From Candidatus Latescibacterota bacterium (GTDB lineage: Bacteria > Latescibacterota > UBA2968 > UBA8231): 64,000 bases of DNA. The stretch lies in NCBI GenBank assembly GCA_965203175.1, contig OZ241867.1:3104001-3168000 (forward strand), given 5' to 3'. Position numbers and translations under genes: made by a program. A model generated the notes under the pieces. The model saw only the letters and a program-made list of their open reading frames with translations. It was not told the origin of the DNA and ran no database searches. Below are positions 47,744 to 57,008 of this stretch, piece after piece; position 1 is the stretch's first letter, and the number at the start of each line of letters is the position of its first letter.

Positions 47744-49501
47744 GTGCGTAGACACAGAACCGCCTATGTCTTTTTGCTGGCGTCGCTGCTTTTGCATCTC
47801 ACCGCGCTTTACCTAGGAGATCACCTGTGGCGCGACGAGCTGGATGCGGAGACTTTCCGCGTGCGTCTGGCCCGCATCCCACCGCAGTTCAAGCCCCCCC
47901 GCCCGATCCCCCTGCCCCGCTTGGACGTAGAGGCGTTGAAAGTGGAGATGGAGTATCTGCGGGCTGACCGGCCGGCCGTGGATATCCGCGACCCCAATCT
48001 AGAAAGCGAGACGACCCCTCCCGAGCTAGAGGCTCCGACAGCCCCCTTGGCGTTGCGCGAGATAGCCGTTGGTGCGAAGGAAGAGGCACCAATTTTAGAG
48101 CGCGAGAAGATGATCTCGCCCTCGTCGTTGGGGTTGGCCGATAGCATGGGCGTCGCCTCAATGGATCTCTTGCGGATAGAGGACATGGCTCGGGCCAATA
48201 AGGATCACGCCGCCATCATCCCCAGTCGGGCGACCCGTCGCGACTTGGCTGGCTACGTAAATTTTACTCAGTTGTGCCTCTATGGGGCCAGTTCGGGGCG
48301 CGGTGCGCTCGATGCCCTGAGCCGCTACGTGCGCGACCATACCGATTTGTTGGCACAGGTTCGCGACAAGACCTACGAATATTTCCGGTCGGAGCAACTG
48401 CTCAAGGACCCCGTCCACTTCTTCTTCCAAGACACCACGTGTGTTTACCCTTACGACCCGAACGCCTTGACCAAGTTCAGTGCGGAGGAGAAGGAGCTTT
48501 TGGGCCGCTATCTGCGCGAGGGAGGGTTCCTGTTTATCGAGGGCGGCGGCCGCTATCTGCGCGAAATGAAAGACCATCTGCGCGAGATTTTAGGGTCTGA
48601 GGCGCGCTTGGCACCCATCCCGACCTCGCATCCGCTATATCACTCCTTTTACGAGTTCGGCGGCGGCTTCCCCGGAGAGGACAAATCGCGCATTGAGGAT
48701 GTGGGGGAGAACCGCTCTTGGTATTATCCAACCAGCAATCGAGATGCTCTTTTGGCCGTGCAGGAAGCACAAGCGGCCACCACCTCTGGGGCCACCCCTG
48801 TGGGTGAAGGGTTGCCACCGCCAGAGGGGTTGTGGGGGGTTGAAATGAACGGTGAACTCGTGGCCGTGCTCAGCGACTTGATGTTGGGGGAGAATTGGCG
48901 GACTAGCTTCAACGTTGAAGACGAAGTCACGGAACCGACAACCTATGCGCTGATGGCGGGGACCAACGTCTTGGTCTATGCGCTGACGCGCAAAAGCGGC
49001 ATCACGCCCCAACTGCCGCCGCCGACTTGGATGCCGGATCAAAGGCCCGTGGCTATGGTACAAGAGGCACCGCTAGCCATCGACATCGCCATTGCCGACG
49101 AGTTGCTGTTCGATGCGCTAGACGCTTGGCTGGCTTTGGTGTTGGCTCCCATCGGCAGCGAGATCACAGAGGATATCACAGTGCGCTTGGACGGCCGTTA
49201 CTCGCTCGAATTGCTCAAGCGCGGCTACCAGGGATTGCTTTTTCACAATCTGCCCGCTGGCAAGCATTGGGTTGAGTTGAGCTATGGTGGGCAGACCCAA
49301 CAGGTGGAGGTCGATCTGAAGGGGGGCAAGGTCACCACGCTGACGTTCGCGCTCAATCGCTTTGCCTTTGTGGTTCGGCTGCGGGTGCAGGAGCAGGAGG
49401 AACGGGCGGATTGGCCGCGCTGGTCTGCGGCCTTTGCCGACTTGGAGGTCGAGGAGGTTTACTTGGCCGCCGATCGCGATTGGTTGGAAGGCGGCCCGTG
49501 A
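47744..49501 (+). CDS. DUF4159-like domain protein with N-terminal anchor, tandem copy 1
   Basis: FSAEEKELLGRYLREGGFLFI, PIPTSHPLYHSFY, LWGVEMNGELVAVLS, AGTNVLVYALT. Confidence 0.75.
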   Translation: MRRHRTAYVFLLASLLLHLTALYLGDHLWRDELDAETFRVRLARIPPQFKPPRPIPLPRLDVEALKVEMEYLRADRPAVDIRDPNLESETTPPELEAPTAPLALREIAVGAKEEAPILEREKMISPSSLGLADSMGVASMDLLRIEDMARANKDHAAIIPSRATRRDLAGYVNFTQLCLYGASSGRGALDALSRYVRDHTDLLAQVRDKTYEYFRSEQLLKDPVHFFFQDTTCVYPYDPNALTKFSAEEKELLGRYLREGGFLFIEGGGRYLREMKDHLREILGSEARLAPIPTSHPLYHSFYEFGGGFPGEDKSRIEDVGENRSWYYPTSNRDALLAVQEAQAATTSGATPVGEGLPPPEGLWGVEMNGELVAVLSDLMLGENWRTSFNVEDEVTEPTTYALMAGTNVLVYALTRKSGITPQLPPPTWMPDQRPVAMVQEAPLAIDIAIADELLFDALDAWLALVLAPIGSEITEDITVRLDGRYSLELLKRGYQGLLFHNLPAGKHWVELSYGGQTQQVEVDLKGGKVTTLTFALNRFAFVVRLRVQEQEERADWPRWSAAFADLEVEEVYLAADRDWLEGGP

Positions 49502-49570
49502 TAAGTTTTAGCCGAATACTAGCGCTAGCTCGATTCGCGCTGATGAGCGGCGCAGAAAGAGAGACTCCCG

Positions 49571-51328
49571 GTGCGTAGACACAGAACCGTCTATGTCTTT
49601 TTGCTGGCGTCGCTGCTTTTGCATCTCACTGCGCTTTACCTAGGAGATCACCTGTGGCGCGACGAGCTGGATGCGGAGGCCTTCCGCGTGCGTCTGGCCC
49701 GCATCCCGCCGCAGTTCAAGCCCCCCCGCCCGATCCCCCTGCCCCGCTTGGACGTAGAGGCGTTGAAAGTGGAGATGGAGTATCTGCGGGCTGACCGGCC
49801 GGCCGTGGATATCCGCGACCCCAATCTAGAAAGCGAGACGACCCCGCCCGAGCTAGAGGCTCCGACGGCTCCGTTGGCGCTGCGCGAGTTGGCCGTGGGT
49901 GCGAAGGAAGAGGCGCCAATTTTAGAGCGCGAGAAGATGATCTCGCCCTCGTCGTTGGGGTTGGCCGACAGCATGGGCGAAGCCTCGATGGATCTGTTGC
50001 GGATAGAGGACATGGCTCGGGCTAACAAGGATCACGCCGCCATCATCCCCAGTCGGGCGACCCGCCGCGACTTGTCGGGCTACGTGAACTTCACCCAGTT
50101 GCGCGTCTATGGGGCCAGCTCGGGTCGCGGTGCGCTCGACGCCCTGAGCCGCTACGTGCGCGACCACACTCAGCTGCTGGCGCAGGTGCGGGACAAGACC
50201 TATGAGCTCTTCCTGTCGGAGCAACTGCTCAAGGATCCCATCCACTTCCTCTTTGAAGACACCTTGTCCGCCTACGACCCGAACGTCCTGACCAAGTTCA
50301 GTGCGGAAGAGAAGGCGCTTTTGGGCCGCTATCTGCGCGAGGGAGGGTTCCTGTTTATCGATGGCACCAACCGCTATTTGCGCGAAATGAAGGACCACCT
50401 GCGCGAGATTTTGGGGTCTGAAGCACGCTTGGCACCCGTCCCGACCTCGCATCTGCTATATCATTCCTTTTACGAGTTCGGCGGCGGCTTCCCCGGAGAG
50501 GATCGGTCGCGCAGCAGGTACGAGGAGGGCAACCGCTCTTGGTATTATCCAACCAACAATCGAAATGATCTGTTGGCCATACAGCAAGAACAAGCACCCG
50601 TTGTATCCGGGACCGAATCCGAGCAGGAAGCCGAGGTATTGCATCCATCAGAGGGGCTGTGGGGCGTCGAGCTAGACGGCGAATTGGTGGCCGTGTTGAG
50701 CGACTTGGGGTTCGAAGGAAAGTGGCGGGCCAGCTTCAATACTGAAGGCGAAGCCTCGGGGATTTCGACCTATGCGCTGATGGCGGGGACCAACATCTTG
50801 GTCTATGCGCTGACGCGCAAAAGCGGCATTACACCCCAACTGCCGCCGCCGACTTGGATGCCGGATCAAAGGCCTGTAGCCATGGTACAAGAGGCACCGC
50901 TAGCTGTTGACGTCGCCATTGCCGACGAGTTGCTGTTCGATGATCTAGACGCATGGCTGGCTTTGGTGTTGGCTCCGATCGGCAGCGAGATTACAGAAGA
51001 CATCACAGTGCGCTTGGACGGCCGCTACTCGCTCGAATTGCTCAAGCGCGGCTATCAGGGATTGATTTTCCACAATCTGTCCGCTGGCTCGCACTGGGTC
51101 GAACTGAGCTATGGCGGGCAGACCCAACAGGTGGAGGTCGATCTGAGGGGGGGCAAGGTCACCACGCTGACGTTCGCGCTCAATCGCTTTGCCTTTGTGG
51201 TTCGGCTGCGGGTGCAGGAGCAGGAGGAACGGGCAGATTGGCAGCGCTGGTCTGCGGCCTTTGCCGACTTGGAGGTCGAGGAGGTTTACTTGGCCGCAGA
51301 TCGCGATTGGTTGGAAGGCGGCCCGTAA
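49571..51328 (+). CDS. DUF4159-like domain protein, tandem copy 2
   Basis: 585-aa paralog of copy 1, offset 1827 bp. Confidence 0.75.
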   Translation: MRRHRTVYVFLLASLLLHLTALYLGDHLWRDELDAEAFRVRLARIPPQFKPPRPIPLPRLDVEALKVEMEYLRADRPAVDIRDPNLESETTPPELEAPTAPLALRELAVGAKEEAPILEREKMISPSSLGLADSMGEASMDLLRIEDMARANKDHAAIIPSRATRRDLSGYVNFTQLRVYGASSGRGALDALSRYVRDHTQLLAQVRDKTYELFLSEQLLKDPIHFLFEDTLSAYDPNVLTKFSAEEKALLGRYLREGGFLFIDGTNRYLREMKDHLREILGSEARLAPVPTSHLLYHSFYEFGGGFPGEDRSRSRYEEGNRSWYYPTNNRNDLLAIQQEQAPVVSGTESEQEAEVLHPSEGLWGVELDGELVAVLSDLGFEGKWRASFNTEGEASGISTYALMAGTNILVYALTRKSGITPQLPPPTWMPDQRPVAMVQEAPLAVDVAIADELLFDDLDAWLALVLAPIGSEITEDITVRLDGRYSLELLKRGYQGLIFHNLSAGSHWVELSYGGQTQQVEVDLRGGKVTTLTFALNRFAFVVRLRVQEQEERADWQRWSAAFADLEVEEVYLAADRDWLEGGP

Positions 51329-51333
51329 AACTG

Positions 51334-52122
51334 CTACATATCGCGCAAGAGCACGATAAACAATCCCATGTCTTCCTGTTCGTCACCGCCCTGCAAATCC
51401 ACGCTGATCCCTGCGTTCAGCACCATGCCATCGCCGAGGCCAATGTCGAGATTCGGCTCTAAGCGGACGCTGAGGTCGCCCTCTAAGTCGGAGGTGTTGG
51501 ACGCGATGAGCAAGTCGAGGTACGCGCTTAATTTTTCGTTGAATACCACTGCCGGTTCGAGCAGGAGGTTGCCTACTACGCCTTTGCCTTCGTAGGCATG
51601 GGTGTAGCCTTTTAGCGCGGCGACCTGTAGATGGCTGTTGAGGCGAAAGGCGGTGCCAACTCGCACGGTCTGCATGAGACCGACGGCCAAGCCGGGATTG
51701 TCGATGTCTCCGGCGGGCAGCACAACGTTAGCGGTTGCCGCGCGGTTGATGCCTAGTTGGTACTTGCTGCCGACTACGAGCGACGAAAAGTTGGAACTCC
51801 CGTCCTTGAAAAAGCCAAAGGTGAGATGCGCGCCCACTTCAACGCGAGCGTGAGGATTGAATTTGGCCATGGCCACGATATTGCTCACGTCCTTGAGCTC
51901 TTTGAACGTGGAGGGAGAGGTGCGGATGCCAATATCGACGCTAGTGTAGCCTAGGCCGCCCGGCAGGACGTAGTAGGGGTCGTAGCTAAGGGGAGCATGG
52001 ATGGCAGGGGCCTCGGCCGCAAGCGCGACCACTTCTTCTGCTGGAGCGTCGTCTTCGGGTTGAGCATGGACGGCAGTGCCCACTAGCGCGAGCATGCCGA
52101 TCAGTACGCAAAGCAGGTGCAT
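51334..52122 (-). CDS. Hypothetical exported protein (possible beta-barrel)
   Basis: Signal peptide AVHA|QP, alternating beta-strand-like pattern. Confidence 0.6.
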   Translation of the reverse strand: MHLLCVLIGMLALVGTAVHAQPEDDAPAEEVVALAAEAPAIHAPLSYDPYYVLPGGLGYTSVDIGIRTSPSTFKELKDVSNIVAMAKFNPHARVEVGAHLTFGFFKDGSSNFSSLVVGSKYQLGINRAATANVVLPAGDIDNPGLAVGLMQTVRVGTAFRLNSHLQVAALKGYTHAYEGKGVVGNLLLEPAVVFNEKLSAYLDLLIASNTSDLEGDLSVRLEPNLDIGLGDGMVLNAGISVDLQGGDEQEDMGLFIVLLRDM

Positions 52123-52149
52123 GAGATCTCCTAAAATTGTGAGGGGTGT

Positions 52150-53100
52150 TCAAAAGCCGCAGCGCTTGCAGGCGCGGAAGAAAGGCTCGGCCATGGCGTA
52201 GGCACCGCGAAAGACCATGTCGCTGGTGAGGGGATGCACGCAGATCAGGCGCGCTCCGTTGTCGATGGCCTCGACCATGCCGTCTTCGATGTCTCGGGGA
52301 TCTTCCATGGCGCCGTGACCGACGACGCGGCCGGTGTGGACGCCGCGCTCGGCCGCGGCGCGGAAGAGAGCATTGACTGCGTCGTTGACTTCGGGGAGGT
52401 CGCCCTCGCGCAAGATGGCGTCGAAGGGGCCGACAAACCCGCAGGCCTTGTTGCGCCCTTGGTCAGCCATTAGGTCGAGGACGCGGTCGCGGGTTTCGAT
52501 GTCGATGATGTATTCCTTGGTCTCAAACTGGATCCAGCCTTGGGTCTCGGTCTCGGTGCCGCGCAGTTCGTGGGGAGTGAACATCATGGTTCGCTCGCCG
52601 TTGCGGACTGGATACCCGCCGCGGTCATCTGGGGTGGCTTGGCCGGGGACGGGGAAGTTGATGGCGCGGAAGTAGCGTTCGGCTTCCTCGTAGGTGGTGC
52701 CATAGGGGCGCATCGTCGCTCGCGCCCCGAGTTGGAAGGCGTCGCCGTGTTCGGAGCGGGCCTCGCGAGCTAAGCGCTGGACCGGCAGAATGCCGTAGCG
52801 CGAGAGGACGGCGTTTTGCTCGCGGCCGTACCAGCCTTCCCACTGGCTATGCTCGGCGTCGTTGACTATCCACGACCAGCCGGCCTTGGCCCAGGCATGG
52901 ACCTCGGCGTCGCGCAGTTTGTGCCACGGCACGTCGTTGAAGCCGCCCAGCAGGGGTGGGGTTTTGGCTACCGACTCGCACTGGTCGAGGGTTTCCTTGA
53001 GCGGGTTGCGGGCGGGATTGAGGGCATAATTGTACGCGCGGCGGGCGAACTCCTCGGCTTTGAGGGGCCGACTGCCGCCGATGGCTGCAATGGCGTCCAC
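52150..53100 (-). CDS. Divergent HpcH/HpaI aldolase-like protein
   Basis: WIVNDAEHS, IQFETKE, FVGPFD. Confidence 0.6.
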   Translation of the reverse strand: MDAIAAIGGSRPLKAEEFARRAYNYALNPARNPLKETLDQCESVAKTPPLLGGFNDVPWHKLRDAEVHAWAKAGWSWIVNDAEHSQWEGWYGREQNAVLSRYGILPVQRLAREARSEHGDAFQLGARATMRPYGTTYEEAERYFRAINFPVPGQATPDDRGGYPVRNGERTMMFTPHELRGTETETQGWIQFETKEYIIDIETRDRVLDLMADQGRNKACGFVGPFDAILREGDLPEVNDAVNALFRAAAERGVHTGRVVGHGAMEDPRDIEDGMVEAIDNGARLICVHPLTSDMVFRGAYAMAEPFFRACKRCGF

Positions 53101-53174
53101 TTAGGTATCTCCTTGTTTCTCGTTTCGGTCAGATTCTATATCAAATATAAAGAGCAGGATGCAATGCAGGCGTC

Positions 53175-54485
53175 CTAGCCGGCTGGGAGCATACCGGCCA
53201 GCAGCGTCGCTAGGCCCAAAAACGAAAGGAAGCCCACTACGTCGGTCGCGGTTGTGAGAATGATCGAGGCCGCGGTCGCGGGATCGTGGCCCAGTTTGGA
53301 TAGCACGATCGGGATGGCCGCGCCGGCTATGGATGCGAGTATCATGGACGCCAACATGGCGAACAGCATGACGAGGGCCAGCCCTAGGCTCTGGCTCCAG
53401 ACGAAGACGCCGATCGCAGTCACAACGGCAATGGCCAGTCCGTTGCAAAAGCCGATTACTAGCTCTTTGGCGAGGACGCGGGCCGCGTGCGAAGTGCGGA
53501 TTTCGCGCAGCGTGAGCCCCCGCATGGTCACGGCGAGGGCCTGCGCGCCGGTGTTGCCCGACTGACCTGCGACTACAGGCAGCAGGATCGCAAGCGCGGT
53601 AAACTTGGCAATAGTGTCCTCGAAGATACCGACGACCGCAGCCGCCAGAAAGGCGGTTACGAGGTTGATGTTGAGCCAGGGCAGCCGACTGCGAATGCCC
53701 ACCCACGGTTTGGACAGAGCGCGCTCTTCGGCGGATGCCCCGACCATTTCTTGGACACCGGCCGCTAGATTTTGCTGCGCTGCACTCACGAGGCCGTCGT
53801 GGCGAATGACGCCGATGACTTGTCCAGCGAAATCGACCACCGGCAGGCTGGTGAGGCGGTAGGTGTTGAGGAGCTCGACGACCTCATCCCTCGGCGTCAT
53901 GGGCTGCACTTGCAAGGCCGCGCCATCGCGGAGCTCGCCGAGTAATAATTCTGGGTCAGCGGCGACCACGTCCGGCAACCGCACCACGCCCGCGTAGCGA
54001 TCGCTTGCGTCGCGCAGCACGAGATCCGTGGCGCGGCGATTGCCTAGCTGGCGGACCCGCTCTAACGCGGCGGCTACCGTGCAATCCACCGCAAAGGTGC
54101 TGACCTGAGCGTCCATCAGGGATCCTGCCGTGCCTAGGGGATAGGAGAGAATTTCTTGGATTTCTCGGCCGCGCTCTGAGCCTGCCAGTCCGAGGATCCG
54201 CGTGCGCTCCGACTCGTCGAGGTGCGCGAACAGTCGTGCGATAAAGGCCGGGTCGAGTTGGTTGAGGAGGGGATCTAGGGCAGCGTCGTCCAAGCGCGCC
54301 AAGATGCGTGCGCCACTATGTAGCTCCATCCGCTGCAAGACTTTTGCCGCGCTCGCAGCGTCCTCGCGCTGCAACACGCCGACGGCCTCGTCCGCACCGG
54401 CGTCGTCTAGCTGGCGCGCCACTTCCTCGGGATGGAGTTCGACGAACCGCTGGATGAGCACTTGGTGCGGGGTTAGCTGTCTCAT
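53175..54485 (-). CDS. mgtE: Magnesium transporter MgtE
   Basis: CBS pair, RLPWL, PVVAGQSGNTGAQ, DPATAASIILTTATDVVG. Confidence 0.9.
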   Translation of the reverse strand: MRQLTPHQVLIQRFVELHPEEVARQLDDAGADEAVGVLQREDAASAAKVLQRMELHSGARILARLDDAALDPLLNQLDPAFIARLFAHLDESERTRILGLAGSERGREIQEILSYPLGTAGSLMDAQVSTFAVDCTVAAALERVRQLGNRRATDLVLRDASDRYAGVVRLPDVVAADPELLLGELRDGAALQVQPMTPRDEVVELLNTYRLTSLPVVDFAGQVIGVIRHDGLVSAAQQNLAAGVQEMVGASAEERALSKPWVGIRSRLPWLNINLVTAFLAAAVVGIFEDTIAKFTALAILLPVVAGQSGNTGAQALAVTMRGLTLREIRTSHAARVLAKELVIGFCNGLAIAVVTAIGVFVWSQSLGLALVMLFAMLASMILASIAGAAIPIVLSKLGHDPATAASIILTTATDVVGFLSFLGLATLLAGMLPAG

Positions 54486-55351
54486 CGCGACTCCTGCTCG
54501 CCCGAGCTAGCTGCGGCCTTGGAGGTTGGCGATTGGAACAGGCTGCGCAGGCCGAGACCAAACAATCCACGCAGGCCGAGACCAAATACTTCGCCGAGGG
54601 CCAAGGCCGTTTGCAATCCACTATCTATCAGCGCGTCACTCGCTTGGCGTTGCTCCAAATCGCGTGCGGTTTTGTAGCGGATGGTACCGACGAATCGGTC
54701 GTCCTCATCCACCACGGGCAGCGCGTGGACACTTCCCCATGCTGGGTGCCCCACCACGGTTTGCCAAGTGGCGCTAGCGGCAATGGACGCGACATTGGGT
54801 GTGCAGACTGAGGTGAGCAATGCATCGGACCGCGCGCTCATTAACTCTCGCATGTTGACGACGCCAACGAGTCGCTGATTATCAGCTACCACGTAGAGGT
54901 AGTAGAGGGCGTGCTCGGGATTGCGCTGGACCCGCTCGAGCACTTGGCGCACAGTCTCATGCTCGAATGCAGTGGGCACTGCCGGGTCCATGAGTGCGCC
55001 GGCCGTATCTTCGGCGTAGATGAGCAGGTTCGAAATCTCCGCTTGGAGGCGCGAGGGAAAGCAAGCGATGACTGCGGCTTGGCGCTTGCTCGGAGTCGTG
55101 CGCAAGATGGATGCAGCGATATCCGGGTGCACGGCAATGAGTATGGCGGCAGCTTCTTCGACGGATAGCTGCTCTAGGGCGAGGGCTGCAGAAAGCGATG
55201 GTAGATAGTGCAAAAGGCCTGCCGCAACTGCTGGCGCTAGATCGCCGAGTACCAGTGCTGCTTCTCGGTGCGACATGGACGCTAGGGCGGACGCGACTTC
55301 CGCCGGATGATCGGTTGCAAATTGCGCGAGGAGTTGTTGTTCAAGATTCAC
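54482..55351 (-). CDS. MgtE N-terminal/CBS domain protein without TM domain
   Basis: GTG start at 55351; YAEDTAGALM, YYLYVV..RLVGVVNMREL, ALPVVD. Confidence 0.8.
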   Translation of the reverse strand: MNLEQQLLAQFATDHPAEVASALASMSHREAALVLGDLAPAVAAGLLHYLPSLSAALALEQLSVEEAAAILIAVHPDIAASILRTTPSKRQAAVIACFPSRLQAEISNLLIYAEDTAGALMDPAVPTAFEHETVRQVLERVQRNPEHALYYLYVVADNQRLVGVVNMRELMSARSDALLTSVCTPNVASIAASATWQTVVGHPAWGSVHALPVVDEDDRFVGTIRYKTARDLEQRQASDALIDSGLQTALALGEVFGLGLRGLFGLGLRSLFQSPTSKAAASSGEQESR

Positions 55352-56177
55352 CGGACTCTCCCTTGCTGATGCGGAGGCAGCGTTCCTCGAAAAACTGCTG
55401 GCCAGGGATACCCAACTCGCCCTCGGCGTGCTCGACAAAAACCGTGGTGGAGGTCGTCCGCACGATGCGCCCGTTGTCGTCGCCGAGGCGAATGCGTTGA
55501 CCCACGTCGTAGGACTTGTTGACGTAGTGCATGGCGAGAATGTTGGCGATAACGCTGCGGGAGCCCAGCCCAAATGCAAAGGCCGCGCCAGCGAGGAGTG
55601 CGGCGAGTACGATCAAGAAGATGTTCGTCAGCAGCGATACGTCCACGCCTAGTTGCTTGATCGCCACGAGAATGGCCGCGCCGATGATAATCCCCTGGAC
55701 GAGGCGGGCCAACTGCTGCCCCTGATGCGGCAGCAAGCGAAAGGCCGTGCTCATTGCCGCATTGCTGACGAGGCGACCGCCGACGACGCCGACGAATAAG
55801 ACTGCGACCGCTGCGATGACCCTGGGCAGGTAGTGTGCTAGAGCGGCCAGGTAGGTGGTCAAAACCGGGAGGCCGACGACTTCACTCGCCACCGTGATCG
55901 CAACCAATAAGACGAGCCAGTAGATGCTGCTCGAGACGATGCGTCCGAGTCCCTTATCGGCCAAAATCTGCTGCCAAGCGGCCGTGGTTGTTCCCACGGA
56001 AATCCGCTTGGAAAAACGCTCGACCACTCGGCGCACGAGCGCGCGGAGCGACCACGCCACGAGCCACCCAACGAATAGGACAAATAGGGCGACGACCAAC
56101 TTGGGCAGCACGTGAAAGAAGCTCTCTTTAATGGAACCAAGGACGGCGAGCATCTCAGCGGCTGGGCTGGGCTCCAT
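55341..56177 (-). CDS. Small-conductance mechanosensitive channel-like protein
   Basis: LPKLVVAL TM-helix repeats, AFAFGLGSRSVIANIL, YDVGQRIRLG. Confidence 0.8.
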   Translation of the reverse strand: MEPSPAAEMLAVLGSIKESFFHVLPKLVVALFVLFVGWLVAWSLRALVRRVVERFSKRISVGTTTAAWQQILADKGLGRIVSSSIYWLVLLVAITVASEVVGLPVLTTYLAALAHYLPRVIAAVAVLFVGVVGGRLVSNAAMSTAFRLLPHQGQQLARLVQGIIIGAAILVAIKQLGVDVSLLTNIFLIVLAALLAGAAFAFGLGSRSVIANILAMHYVNKSYDVGQRIRLGDDNGRIVRTTSTTVFVEHAEGELGIPGQQFFEERCLRISKGESGES

Positions 56178-56190
56178 AGGACTCCTCCAG

Positions 56191-56919
56191 TTACTTTTTT
56201 TGTCTAATCACCATTAAGACGATGGCCAGCCAATAGAGGTTCTGCACAATGGCGAAATAATAGACGACCCCCATGAGCTGGTCAAACACCGCGCCCAAGG
56301 CAAAAACCATCAAATAGACGTCGATGCCGCTGCGCAGATAGTTGCGCAATTTTAGCGGTGGAATGCGCACGAAGTTGGCCAAGCGGCCAAGCAGGCCGCG
56401 GCTCGCGGACTCCGCTAACTGCCCCTTGCCAAAGGCCGTGGCATTCATCAGGGTGGCGATGTGAGTCATGGCCAGCGAAGCGAAGACGACAAATGAGTAG
56501 AGGTAGGCATGCGGATCGCCGCTTTGGCGCTCTAACGCGTGTCCCAACGCGAGACAGAGCGCCAGTTCGGCGATGCGGTCGAACAGGGCGTCGAGCCAGG
56601 CGCCAAACGGCGAACTGAGGCCGCGCAAACGGGCGAGTTCGCCGTCGCAGCAATCGAGCGTAAAGGATAGTTGGATGAGGAGGCCGGCTCCGATGAGGGC
56701 CACGCGCTCGCCCGTGGAGAGCAAGTATGCACCGGGCAGGATGACGAGAAAAGACAGAAAGGTCACTTGGTTGGGGCTGAGGGGAGTGCGGACCAACAGG
56801 CGGGTGAGTAGGGTGGAGAGGCGGCGGTTGAACAGGACTTCGACTAGCCCCATGATCTCGGGCTTGCTGGCTTTGAAGTCCTCAGCCGTGTACGGGGGTT
56901 TGCGCACCGGTGTTCCCAT
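56191..56919 (-). CDS. CDP-alcohol phosphatidyltransferase family protein
   Basis: SPNQVT, DCCDGELAR....SPFGAWLDALFDR. Confidence 0.9.
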   Translation of the reverse strand: MGTPVRKPPYTAEDFKASKPEIMGLVEVLFNRRLSTLLTRLLVRTPLSPNQVTFLSFLVILPGAYLLSTGERVALIGAGLLIQLSFTLDCCDGELARLRGLSSPFGAWLDALFDRIAELALCLALGHALERQSGDPHAYLYSFVVFASLAMTHIATLMNATAFGKGQLAESASRGLLGRLANFVRIPPLKLRNYLRSGIDVYLMVFALGAVFDQLMGVVYYFAIVQNLYWLAIVLMVIRQKK

Positions 56920-57008
56920 CCTGCACCACAAAGTAACGGCAGGGCTAGAGCGCGGCAATGGGCCGCGGCGCGGTTGCCGCCGTTGGGGCCAGCGGCTATT
57001 TTGCGGCC

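Noticed and set aside
47744-51328. Diversity-generating retroelement (TR/VR pair)
   Set aside because: Differences are not adenine-specific, include indels, both copies are full genes, and no reverse transcriptase is present.
54547-54586. 24-nt period repeat (LGLRGLFGLGLRSLF) in the CBS gene tail
   Set aside because: Simple in-frame slippage duplication with no further structure.
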